Made by a program: the position numbers and the translations under genes. Positions 1-8,698 of a DNA stretch of 24,000 nt are shown here, piece after piece. Position 1 is the stretch's first letter. The number at the start of each line of letters is the position of its first letter. The stretch comes from Eubacterium sp. AF22-8LB (GTDB lineage: Bacteria; Bacillota_I; Bacilli_A; Erysipelotrichales; Erysipelotrichaceae): contig NZ_QRVI01000001.1 of NCBI RefSeq assembly GCF_003458715.1, positions 57,997-81,996 on the forward strand, written 5' to 3'. Below the pieces are notes generated by a model. The model made no database searches. It saw only the letters and a list, made by a program, of their open reading frames with translations, and was not told the origin of the DNA.

Positions 1-487
1 CATTTTTAATTGCCACTTCACTTAATGCGATTGCAAACTGCCAAGGATTAATAATACATGCACTTGGTGCATATAAAGCGCTTGTACAGTCTGGATTTAA
101 ATTAGGTTCCATAACAGATAGCTCTGGCTGTTTAATAATACGCTGATTCTCAACACCATTTTCTACACCGCGCTTATATAGCGTTTCAATGGTCTTATCA
201 TCCTCTTCACTAAATCCAACGACCAAAGAACCAATATTCTTACATGGAACATCTAAATCTTTACATAAAGTAGGAATGATTTTATTACCCCAAATATTAT
301 ATTTTGCCATCAAAGTATTTGGCATTGGATCATAACCCGCATGAATAATGGCACTATTGGCTTTAGTAGTTTCGTCAGCCACATCATTATTCTTTTCCAG
401 CCACAATACTTTTCCACTATATTTACTTAATTCAAACGCTAAAGAGCATCCACTAATTCCCGCTCCAATTATTATACAATCATACAT
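1..487 (-). CDS. FAD-dependent oxidoreductase (GlpA/LhgO-like), N-terminal part; continues beyond the left edge
   Basis: Hand translation of the minus strand from ATG at 487 gives MYDCIIIGAGISGCSLAFELSKYSGKVLWLEKNNDVADETTKANSAIIHAGYDP..., a classic GxGxxG FAD-binding start followed by the 'T(S/K)xxNSAxIHAGYD' motif. It is absent from the ORF track because it runs off the edge. Confidence 0.85.
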   Translation of the reverse strand, partial: MYDCIIIGAGISGCSLAFELSKYSGKVLWLEKNNDVADETTKANSAIIHAGYDPMPNTLMAKYNIWGNKIIPTLCKDLDVPCKNIGSLVVGFSEEDDKTIETLYKRGVENGVENQRIIKQPELSVMEPNLNPDCTSALYAPSACIINPWQFAIALSEVAIKN

Positions 488-686
488 AGTTCGCACCTCT
501 TTCAAACTAACGATACGCTTATTTTTATTCCTTTTCAAACGCGCAAAAACTGGCAAAGTTATTAATCATAATATTGATTAATAACTAGACAACGAAATAA
601 AATGGTGTAAGATTAAAATAGATATTGATTAATGCTTTGATTAGTAATCGATTTATTAATCAAAATAAATCAAAAGAGGTTTTATT

Positions 687-1718
687 ATGGGAAAAAGAAA
701 TAAAGTAACTACACGTGATATTGCTCTGGCTACTCATGTTTCGCAATCTACCGTTTCAATGATTTTAAGCGACAACAAAAATGTTTCATTTAAAGAAGAA
801 ACAGTAAAGCTTGTAAAAAATACAGCGAAACAAATGGGATATAAAAAGCCTGTTGTAAAGAAAAGATATTCCAATTCAAAGAATACTATTGTCGTAATAT
901 GTGCTAACTTATCAAATTCATACTATTCTATGGTCGTATCCAGCATTATCCAGCAGGCTAGTAAAACGAAGACACAAATTCTGACCATCTCCACCCTGCG
1001 CAAAGATGAACTTGAAAAGCATGCCATAACACACTTGAAAACAATCAAACCTACTGGCATCATTCTTTTGTATCCTCCTAAATTTGTCGATGAATGGAAT
1101 CAGCTTTCAAAACAAATTCCATGTATCATCATTGGTGACAAGCCAAAGAATTTAGATTGTGATTCCATTGAACTTAATAGTTTTAAATGTGGTAAACTTT
1201 TAGGTTCTCATTTAAAACAATTAGGACATAAAAAAATAGCTTACATCTCCAGTCCTTTAGATACAACTGAAATTGGCAGAAACGAACGATATGAAGGTGT
1301 GAAAAGTATTCTTCGTGACACTCAAGTATTCTTTAGTTCTTCTAAGCAATTTGAAATGTATGCCATTGAAAAAAGAGAATATGAAAATGGATACCATCTC
1401 ACTAAACAAATTCTAGACAATCAATTTGATGCCTATATTGGAAATAACGATATGACGGCTCTAGGAATTTTAGCTTGTTTAAAAGACAATAACATCAAGG
1501 CAAGTGTGGCAGGTTTTGACAACATTCCAGAGGCCAACTTTCCTCAAATCCAATTAACAACTGTAGATCATGGTGGCTGTGAAAAAGGAATGGAAGCTGT
1601 AGATATTCTTTTAGAGCAAACAAAAAGCGAACGAAAACGTATCGTCCATATGGAATATGAACCACAGTTAATCATTCGCTTATCTACATTTAGTCGCAAG
1701 AAATCATCATCTCAATAA
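687..1718 (+). CDS. LacI/GalR family transcriptional regulator
   Basis: N-terminal HTH 'TTRDIALATHVSQSTVSMILSDNKNVSFKEETVKLVKNTAKQMGYKK' plus a periplasmic-binding-like domain. Confidence 0.93.
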   Translation: MGKRNKVTTRDIALATHVSQSTVSMILSDNKNVSFKEETVKLVKNTAKQMGYKKPVVKKRYSNSKNTIVVICANLSNSYYSMVVSSIIQQASKTKTQILTISTLRKDELEKHAITHLKTIKPTGIILLYPPKFVDEWNQLSKQIPCIIIGDKPKNLDCDSIELNSFKCGKLLGSHLKQLGHKKIAYISSPLDTTEIGRNERYEGVKSILRDTQVFFSSSKQFEMYAIEKREYENGYHLTKQILDNQFDAYIGNNDMTALGILACLKDNNIKASVAGFDNIPEANFPQIQLTTVDHGGCEKGMEAVDILLEQTKSERKRIVHMEYEPQLIIRLSTFSRKKSSSQ

Positions 1719-2964
1719 TTTTATCATTGGTCTGAAGCATACCTTGAGAACCTAATGTTCCAATATTCTTAATTGTTTCATCGACACTATGAGCAACGAT
1801 TCCATCTCCTGCATAGAATTGTTGCTTATTTTTATACATATAATATCCCATTATACCCGCATCTACACTAGATGCGATCTTTGCAGCACAGCTAGCCTTT
1901 GCCCCATCACAAATTGTTCCCGAAAGAATGGCTAACGCATTCACAATTGTATGTTGAATTTCTTTATAATCACCATTATGTAAATAAGCAATACCAGCGC
2001 CCGCTGCAGCTCCTGCACTTACAGCACCACAGAATGCGGATAAAGTACCAATACCCGTTTTTATATAAATAGCTGTTAAATTTGACAATACTAAAGCTCG
2101 ATACAATTTTTCTTCTGAACAATTCAATTCTTTGGCATACACAACAACAGGAACACAACAAGTGATTCCTTGATTGCCACTACCTGAATTGATCACAACA
2201 GGTAACTCACAACCATTCATTCTCGCATCAGAACCTGCGGCAGCATAGGCTTTTGCCCTTGTCTTTACACAATCCGAATCCATATTTAAAATCACATGTC
2301 CAATATTTGCGCCATATGAATTATTAATGCCTTCATTAGCGATAGCCATATTGCAGGTAATTTGTTGGTCTAAAGTTGCCTTTACATCTTCAATATCTAC
2401 AGTTTGTGAAAAATCCCAAATCTGTTTCATGATCAACGCACTATGATCTGCTTTATACTCTAAGTTCGTTGTCTTATCTTCATAGATAACTTCCCAGTTC
2501 TTTTCTATTTGAACAATGTTTGTATGTGTATCCACAATACGAACACTCGCATGTTCCTGTTCATAATATACATTGATTTCTAGGTCAAAGACATGTCCCT
2601 GTTCAAAATGTTGAACTGTTATATTGGTATTCTTGACATATTCAGGCAACGCTTCTATCTGCTCTTTTGTTGCAGTAGAAAGCACCTCAAGTTTGGCATC
2701 CGCATCCCCATATAATGCACCCGCTGCTGCTGCCACTTCAATTCCTTTTAAACCATTTGTATGAGGAACAATAACACTCTTTACATTTTTGATAATGCTG
2801 CCACTTGCCTTAACTACAATTCGATCAGGCAAATGATCTAAAACCTGCGTTGCCTTAGCACACGCATAACTAATCGCAATAGGTTCTGTACAGCCCATTG
2901 CCATAACTAATTCTTCTTTTAAGATTTGTACATAAATTGAATATAATGAATCTTCTTTATTCAT
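1690..2964 (-). CDS. L-cysteine desulfidase / UPF0597 (CyuA/YhaM-like) family protein
   Basis: 'MGCTEPIAISYACAKA', 'NSGSGNQGITCCVPVVVYA', 'SGTICDGAKASCAAKIA' are characteristic of the serine dehydratase alpha-like/CyuA family with conserved Fe-S cysteines. Confidence 0.85.
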   Translation of the reverse strand: MNKEDSLYSIYVQILKEELVMAMGCTEPIAISYACAKATQVLDHLPDRIVVKASGSIIKNVKSVIVPHTNGLKGIEVAAAAGALYGDADAKLEVLSTATKEQIEALPEYVKNTNITVQHFEQGHVFDLEINVYYEQEHASVRIVDTHTNIVQIEKNWEVIYEDKTTNLEYKADHSALIMKQIWDFSQTVDIEDVKATLDQQITCNMAIANEGINNSYGANIGHVILNMDSDCVKTRAKAYAAAGSDARMNGCELPVVINSGSGNQGITCCVPVVVYAKELNCSEEKLYRALVLSNLTAIYIKTGIGTLSAFCGAVSAGAAAGAGIAYLHNGDYKEIQHTIVNALAILSGTICDGAKASCAAKIASSVDAGIMGYYMYKNKQQFYAGDGIVAHSVDETIKNIGTLGSQGMLQTNDKIIEMMISCD

Positions 2965-3574
2965 GATCTTTCACCCATACACACACCAACTTATCGTCTT
3001 CCATTTGTGTCATACCAAAATACACTGTATCCTTTTCTTTTACACCAAAATCTTGATGTAGAGCCGTCAACACAGTACCATACATCTTCCCATCCTGCAT
3101 TCCCTCAAGTCTTATCCAACATGCTTCTGGCTCTTTTCCTTCTTCTAGAAAATAAACCATAACATCATCTGGATATTCTAAATGTCTTGATGGATCTAAT
3201 TCTTTATATAAACGCAATTCTTCTAATTCCTTTGATACTTGCGTTGCCTTTGCGACAATATCGATTTTATCTTGAAACAAATCCACATTCACATTATCTA
3301 AAATTTCAATATTCATTTCTTGCACATCAAATCGTGGGATTTTACAAGAAACCCCAATAGGAACAATACGATATTCAATATTTTGCTTTTTTGTTTCTAA
3401 AGCCATGATTTCAAATGTGAATCCCGCATTATGATCAATATACCCATACATTAAAGCTCCATATAAATGATCAAGCTTCAAGCCCATCTTTTCTAATAGT
3501 TTAACCATTTTCACACCGTGAATCTCCACCATTTTTTGGTTCATGTCACGAAAACTCATTTCATATACTTTCAT
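2957..3574 (-). CDS. hypothetical protein
   Basis: 205-aa ORF packed between overlapping or adjacent minus-strand genes. No family recognised with certainty. Confidence 0.75.
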   Translation of the reverse strand: MKVYEMSFRDMNQKMVEIHGVKMVKLLEKMGLKLDHLYGALMYGYIDHNAGFTFEIMALETKKQNIEYRIVPIGVSCKIPRFDVQEMNIEILDNVNVDLFQDKIDIVAKATQVSKELEELRLYKELDPSRHLEYPDDVMVYFLEEGKEPEACWIRLEGMQDGKMYGTVLTALHQDFGVKEKDTVYFGMTQMEDDKLVCVWVKDHE

Positions 3575-3576
3575 TC

Positions 3577-4122
3577 CTATTCACCCTCATACACATCTTT
3601 TAATTCTATAAAATTATCTTCAAAATACTTATTCAGTTCTACGATATCTAAATCTTCATCTATTGGAAAATCCGATACTTCCATATCATTTGCCTCTACA
3701 AATTCTTTAAACAATTCCATTGACTGATAATAATAATCCTGAAACTCTTTAAAGATTTCCCATAACGAAAAGCCCCGACCATTGATAACTCTAGCCTCTT
3801 CTTCTATATCATTCACTTTTTCAACATGAATTTCAATTTCAAAAGGATCTTCTAAATCATACAACATTTTAAAAGTATCTCCCTCTTTGAAATCAGGTTG
3901 AATCAAGGATGCACAAGGCAAATGATTGAATTGTTCATCCTCACAATTTGGACATACAAAAGGAAGTCCATTGCTTTCAATCACAAAATCTAAATATTCT
4001 TCAGACAAATAAGATGCCAATGTATAATAAGCTAAATCCGCTAAAGAAATTGATTTAGGCAAACTCACATATCGATACATTAAATTATTATATCCTAATA
4101 CTTCTGTATATATTTTTATCAT
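3577..4122 (-). CDS. pRiA4b ORF-3-like / IS1096 TnpR-passenger-like domain protein (tentative)
   Basis: 'SISLADLAYYTLASYL', 'GDTFKMLYDLEDPFEIEIHVEKV' resembles the pRiA4b ORF-3 fold pattern. An internal CPNCEDE motif is present. Confidence 0.5.
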   Translation of the reverse strand: MIKIYTEVLGYNNLMYRYVSLPKSISLADLAYYTLASYLSEEYLDFVIESNGLPFVCPNCEDEQFNHLPCASLIQPDFKEGDTFKMLYDLEDPFEIEIHVEKVNDIEEEARVINGRGFSLWEIFKEFQDYYYQSMELFKEFVEANDMEVSDFPIDEDLDIVELNKYFEDNFIELKDVYEGE

Positions 4123-4904
4123 GACTGACTTACCTCTACTGAATAATTGCCAAAATTAATATTTGCCTTTCCATACTCTTTTACAAGTTCATAACGAATC
4201 TTTGCGAGCATATCAAAACCATCTAAGCTTGTCTTGCTTGGAACCACCACTCGCAAATCAATACCCGTTGTTGAAAAATTAATAACCTTAACTTCGATAG
4301 GATCATCACTTTCAACTTCATATTCCTTCATTGTTTTTACAACTAGATTTTTTAATATATCAATCGCCATATCAATATCTGTTCCATAAGAAACTTCAAT
4401 TTCCAAATAATTGTTTTTTCTTGTATCTTGAAAATAAGCATTCTCAATCGTTGCCGAATTCAATGTTGCATTCGGAACAATGATTCGATTACTTTCATAC
4501 GTACGAATAATAGTATGGCGAAAACGTATACTTTCAACATACCCAATCAATTCACCTTGATTGACTTTGATTAAATCGCCTTCAACAAAGGGCTTAAATG
4601 TCAAAATCATCAATCCACTACATAGATTTCCAAACGCATCCTTAGCGGCAACACCTAGAACAAGGGCAACCACTCCACTGGATGCTGCTAAATACGACAT
4701 AATAGGTTTTGTCTGTTCGAATTGTCCTAATATAACCATACAGTTGATAAAAACCAGAACATATTTTACCAATCTGGCAAAGCTCGTTTTGTTTGTGACA
4801 TCCTTTTTAAATAAAACCTTACGAATCCCCTTGTAGATTACAATTGAAACTACAATCGAAACAACGGTTACAATAATAATCGATTTCATGCATATCATCT
4901 CCAA
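4119..4904 (-). CDS. mechanosensitive ion channel family protein (MscS-like)
   Basis: Transmembrane helices, then 'AASSGVVALVLGVAAKDAFGNLCSGLMILTFKPFVEGDLIKV...VESIRFRHTIIRTYESNRIIVPNATL', the canonical MscS core. Confidence 0.93.
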   Translation of the reverse strand: MEMICMKSIIIVTVVSIVVSIVIYKGIRKVLFKKDVTNKTSFARLVKYVLVFINCMVILGQFEQTKPIMSYLAASSGVVALVLGVAAKDAFGNLCSGLMILTFKPFVEGDLIKVNQGELIGYVESIRFRHTIIRTYESNRIIVPNATLNSATIENAYFQDTRKNNYLEIEVSYGTDIDMAIDILKNLVVKTMKEYEVESDDPIEVKVINFSTTGIDLRVVVPSKTSLDGFDMLAKIRYELVKEYGKANINFGNYSVEVSQS

Positions 4905-5902
4905 TACAACTTTTTCTGTTCTTCCGTAGTCTGATTAATAAACTTCTTTTTTGTATATAAAAACTCCTCAAGATCCATATAAATATGTAGAAGCATAGCC
5001 CTAGACTCAAATTCAATTTGTGTCTTAGGGAGCTCTGCCCTTTGTTTATCTTTCAACATTTGATGAAGAGAAGTAATCTGTGGTTGCGGATCATTCTGTT
5101 CATGAATAAATGGAATTAGATACTCAATATATTTTGCCAATTCACCCGCCTCTTCAGGCATTTGACGAATCTTACGAATTTTATAATGAAGCATATGTAG
5201 AATATCACACTGCAAGGCACGCATTTCAAAATAACGAATATAGTAGTCTGGCAAGCTTGAAAAAGTATTGTCTTGATACTCCATCGCAATATGAATATAT
5301 TTTTCAGCTTGTTCCTTAATATCTTCTAGTTCCTTCCAAATCGTCGTGTTTCTTTCTTCACTTTGAATATAATGAACAATTTGATACATCAAGCTTTGAA
5401 TCTTATCTTCCATATATTGCATACAAGAATTCAAATATTCTTCTTCACCACTATAATCATGCACTAAGTTCAATAAAAATGCGATAATAGCACCAATCAA
5501 TATTAAATAAAATTCATTCATCATAAAGTTCACACTAAAATCTAAATAACTCAAATAATGAACGGCAATCATCGCATTTACACTTAATGTATTCTGACAT
5601 TTCATTTTCTCACTATACCCAACTAAACACGCAATCACAAGTCCAAACGCAACCCAATGACTCGATATGAGTTCAAAAAACAGAAAACAAAATAGAATCG
5701 TTACAAAAAACGTTGTAATTCTACGTAACACAAGCTTAACTGTCCCCCATTTTGTCGTCAATAAAGATAATAACGCAATGGTCCCTGCACTTGTTGGATT
5801 ATCTAAATTAAAAACATTTGCAATAAAAATAGCTATTGCACTACCAATTCCTATTTTTAAAGCAAGTATAAATACTCTTTTCGTTTCTCTTTTCATATGC
5901 AT
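4895..5902 (-). CDS. aromatic acid exporter (ArAE_1)-type family membrane protein
   Basis: N-terminal multi-TM segment 'RVFILALKIGIGSAIAIFIANVFNLDNPTSAGTIALLSLLTTKWGTVKLVLRRI' and a long C-terminal helical cytoplasmic domain. Confidence 0.8.
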   Translation of the reverse strand: MHMKRETKRVFILALKIGIGSAIAIFIANVFNLDNPTSAGTIALLSLLTTKWGTVKLVLRRITTFFVTILFCFLFFELISSHWVAFGLVIACLVGYSEKMKCQNTLSVNAMIAVHYLSYLDFSVNFMMNEFYLILIGAIIAFLLNLVHDYSGEEEYLNSCMQYMEDKIQSLMYQIVHYIQSEERNTTIWKELEDIKEQAEKYIHIAMEYQDNTFSSLPDYYIRYFEMRALQCDILHMLHYKIRKIRQMPEEAGELAKYIEYLIPFIHEQNDPQPQITSLHQMLKDKQRAELPKTQIEFESRAMLLHIYMDLEEFLYTKKKFINQTTEEQKKLYWR

Positions 5903-5919
5903 ACATTTTATGCGAAATT

Positions 5920-5944
5920 AAAAAAAAGGACAATAATAATTGTC
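5920..5944 (-). terminator. Rho-independent terminator downstream of the sigma-like gene
   Basis: On the minus strand GACAAT-TATT-ATTGTC (5929-5944) is followed by C and then a run of 8 T (A-run 5920-5927 on +). Confidence 0.75.
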
Positions 5945-6443
5945 ACTTCTTATCTAATACATCCTTCACTTTTTGTTTACCACTCTTCAACAAACGAGCG
6001 ACACCCTCTTCACTCATTTTTAATCGATTTGCGATATCCTTTTGTTTTAATTTTCCCAAACAATGCATGATTGTAACTGTCTTTTGATTTTCTGGCATGT
6101 CATTTAAACAATCGTCTACATCGGATTGTCGATATTGAGGCAATTCGCGTAAAGCCGTAGTCACACCTGAATTTTCTTTAGCACGCATATATTCACGAAG
6201 CTGTTTGTTCAACAGGACAGTAATCCATTTTTTAAAATTTGCATCATCAATTAGCTTGTCCATATTCATAAATGCATATGTATAGGTTGCCTGTAAAATA
6301 TCATTAATTTCTTTTTCTTCTAGACCAATATAGCGCTTATAAATGGTCTGCACCAAATACTCTCGTGTCAATGAAATAAGCTCTTTTTTCGCATCCGCAT
6401 TCTTATTTCGTACACCTTCTATTATTTTTAAATCAATATCCAT
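5943..6443 (-). CDS. RNA polymerase sigma-70 family-like factor
   Basis: Region 2-like N-terminus and 'LNDMPENQKTVTIMHCLGKLKQKDIANRLKMSEEGVARLLKSGKQKVKDVL' sigma region 4 HTH. Confidence 0.85.
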   Translation of the reverse strand: MDIDLKIIEGVRNKNADAKKELISLTREYLVQTIYKRYIGLEEKEINDILQATYTYAFMNMDKLIDDANFKKWITVLLNKQLREYMRAKENSGVTTALRELPQYRQSDVDDCLNDMPENQKTVTIMHCLGKLKQKDIANRLKMSEEGVARLLKSGKQKVKDVLDKK

Positions 6444-6504
6444 ATATTTTTATCCTTTATATAAGTTTTTTTTAGCATACAACACAACATTTGATAAATC
6501 AACA

Positions 6505-6530
6505 AGAAAAAGGCAATCCAAAGATTGCCT
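6505..6530 (-). terminator. Rho-independent terminator downstream of vanY-like gene
   Basis: Perfect 8-bp arms AGGCAATC-CAAA-GATTGCCT (6511-6530 on +). The minus strand continues TTTTTCT. It overlaps the stop codon. Confidence 0.85.
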
Positions 6531-7317
6531 AAGCTCCATAATATTCATCTAAAGTTAAGTTGTTCTTATATAAATATGTAGCTAGATCCACACCAACATA
6601 TCTTAAATGCCAGCTTTCAGGAGCTATTTTAGTCTTATCTTCCTTATCATCCGGATAACGTAAAATAAATCCATATTTATGCATATTTTTTAATAACCAA
6701 CCATAATGTGAATTATATCGAACAGCATCTAAATCACTACAATCATTATCCATACGAATATCTACAGACAAACCGGATTGGTGCTCACTATATCCTGGTC
6801 TTGTCCAATAACGATCTGCATACTCTTCACCATAGCTTGCAGCTCCATTATTAAACAAATCCGTTTGGTAAGCGTAAGAACGATATGCCGAACAAGCATT
6901 CAAAATAAATCCTTCTTTTTCGGCTGCATCAATCAATTTATTAAATGCCTTTGCGGCAGGCTTACGCATACGCACATTCGCATTTTCTCCACTCGAAGGC
7001 ACTTCAACCAAATCCTTTGGCTCATAATCTTCTGGCAATCCTGAATATTTATTTACAAGAATATAAATAGAATCCAAATCTGAAACCGTGATAGTATTCT
7101 CATAAGGCTCTTTGCTCTGATCGACCTTTGTCACTTTTGGCAAATTCGTTTCCGTATCTTCTTTTTTAGAAACCACTTCCTGTGTTTGTTGCGGCTGACT
7201 CACCTTATTATCATTCGTTCTTTTCATAATCAATGCCAATAATAACGCAATAATCATAATCAATACGATTATCACAAACACAAGAAATTTTCTTACTCTT
7301 CTTCTTTTCTTTTTCAA
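6529..7317 (-). CDS. D-alanyl-D-alanine carboxypeptidase, VanY/LAS family, membrane-anchored
   Basis: 'GFILNACSAYRSYAYQTDLFNN', 'YWTRPGYSEHQSGLSVDI', 'PESWHLRYVG' metallopeptidase motifs. The track starts at 7368, but TTG at 7317 preceded by AAAGAGG looks like the better start. Confidence 0.9.
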   Translation of the reverse strand: MKKKRRRVRKFLVFVIIVLIMIIALLLALIMKRTNDNKVSQPQQTQEVVSKKEDTETNLPKVTKVDQSKEPYENTITVSDLDSIYILVNKYSGLPEDYEPKDLVEVPSSGENANVRMRKPAAKAFNKLIDAAEKEGFILNACSAYRSYAYQTDLFNNGAASYGEEYADRYWTRPGYSEHQSGLSVDIRMDNDCSDLDAVRYNSHYGWLLKNMHKYGFILRYPDDKEDKTKIAPESWHLRYVGVDLATYLYKNNLTLDEYYGA

Positions 7318-7330
7318 ATCAAACACCTCT

Positions 7331-8698
7331 TTAAACTGGAATAAACAACACTTTATTATAGCCCCCACAAATCATGCCCAATGACGCACCCTTAGAATTG
7401 GATAAATTATAGTCTTTGATCATGACTTTTTTACATGCCCTCGCATCTAATATAGCTTCATATTCCACTTTTCCTCCACCTATTGTGTCAATAATTCCAT
7501 CTTTATACACGAGCATCATACTTCCAACACCTCTTGGTGCCGAGCCTTTTTTCTCAATAATAATGCATAATGTTCCGTGAACATTGGATTCCAACAATTC
7601 TTTAGAAACACTCGAGCTAAACTTCGCATTCTTGATTTCAATCAATTGAGCCAAAATACTAATCGATATTTCAGCTGGCGTCTGTGCCCTGATATCTAAA
7701 CCAATAGGTGCATGTACTTGGGATATTTTTTCTTTTGAATAGCCTTCTTCAATCAAAGCATCAAAAGTTTTTTTCACTTTCCCTTTACTGCCAATCATCC
7801 CTAAATATAAATGAGGTCGCCAAAGAACCTTTTCTAAACATAGACGATCATCCTTATGACCTCGAGTTACAATCACATAACATGTATTGTCTTCATTTGG
7901 CAATATTGAATCCATTTGATTATATTCCATACAATGAATTTCATTTGCGGTTGGAAAACACTCCTTATTCGCAAACTCTATGCGATTATCAATTACGATT
8001 GTATACAGTTCTAGAATACTGGCCATCTTGGCTAAATACTGACTTACATGCCCACACCCCAAAATCACCAGCTTAGGTTGTGTTTTAAACCAATCTTCAC
8101 AAATGCAATCCACATCTATATCTTCTTCTAACAATGTTTTTAGACAACGCGTATATAGATTCGAATCCCCATTCACATGAATTTTAACAGGTTTATCTAG
8201 CTTCTTTAAATACACACGAATCAAATCCTGCATAATTTTAGGTGTAACCAATTCATTCGGATCAATATCCATTAACGTATATCGATGTATCACATTCTTT
8301 ACAGGATTACCCAATCCTTTCAGATTGGAAATCAATACAATTTCATCCGAATCTAAATCAATGACAGGTTCCTTTTCATTCGGATATTTTAAAGGTAAAT
8401 GTTTAGAACCATCCGCTTCTATCAAAATCACATCCACCATTTTTTTAAGTTGATTCAACAAGTTCAAATCTAAGGCACAAATTTTTTTATCATCACACAA
8501 ATTTCCCGCATGACAATACCCATACTTTTCAATTTGATGCATTATTTCATCCAAACTAGGATTGACTAAAGTATCCTCTTCTATCAACATATGTGTCGTT
8601 GTACACATTAATACTGTTTTTCCCTGTGATACATATTTATCTTTTAATTCATGGATATATGTTGTTTTTCCACCTGAACCAATAACACTAATAATCAT
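7331..8698 (-). CDS. YqeC-like selenium-dependent hydroxylase accessory domain fused to XdhC/CoxI-like domains
   Basis: N-terminus 'MIISVIGSGGKTTYIHELKDKY...VDVILIEADGSKHLPLKYPNEKEPV' (YqeC). It is followed by 'PKLVILGCGHVSQYLAKMASILELYTIVIDNR...VTRGHKDDRLCLEKVL...YLGMIGSKGKVKKTF' (XdhC Rossmann) and then 'LCIIIEKKGSAPRGVGSMMLV..GIIDTIGGGKVEYEAI' (CoxI domain). Preferred start at 8698 with GGGAG RBS; the track start is 8719. Confidence 0.88.
   Translation of the reverse strand: MIISVIGSGGKTTYIHELKDKYVSQGKTVLMCTTTHMLIEEDTLVNPSLDEIMHQIEKYGYCHAGNLCDDKKICALDLNLLNQLKKMVDVILIEADGSKHLPLKYPNEKEPVIDLDSDEIVLISNLKGLGNPVKNVIHRYTLMDIDPNELVTPKIMQDLIRVYLKKLDKPVKIHVNGDSNLYTRCLKTLLEEDIDVDCICEDWFKTQPKLVILGCGHVSQYLAKMASILELYTIVIDNRIEFANKECFPTANEIHCMEYNQMDSILPNEDNTCYVIVTRGHKDDRLCLEKVLWRPHLYLGMIGSKGKVKKTFDALIEEGYSKEKISQVHAPIGLDIRAQTPAEISISILAQLIEIKNAKFSSSVSKELLESNVHGTLCIIIEKKGSAPRGVGSMMLVYKDGIIDTIGGGKVEYEAILDARACKKVMIKDYNLSNSKGASLGMICGGYNKVLFIPV

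Noticed and set aside
348-581. 77-aa plus-strand ORF in the track
   Set aside because: It is antisense to the FAD oxidoreductase start and covers the palindromic regulatory region. The composition is low-complexity hydrophobic with no RBS support.
1976-2161. 61-aa Cys-rich minus-strand ORF ('MLCSCCCVCQRIELF...')
   Set aside because: It looked like a metallothionein-like peptide but is an alternative frame of the CyuA-like gene on the same strand.
3577-4122. Possible mobile element (the family name refers to IS1096/pRiA4b)
   Set aside because: No transposase, terminal inverted repeats or target duplications are visible. The gene is embedded in a tidy chromosomal gene run, and the family is common outside mobile elements.
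7708-8076. 122-aa plus-strand ORF opposite yqeC/xdhC
   Set aside because: It is antisense to the conserved XdhC Rossmann region, with no start context or family similarity.
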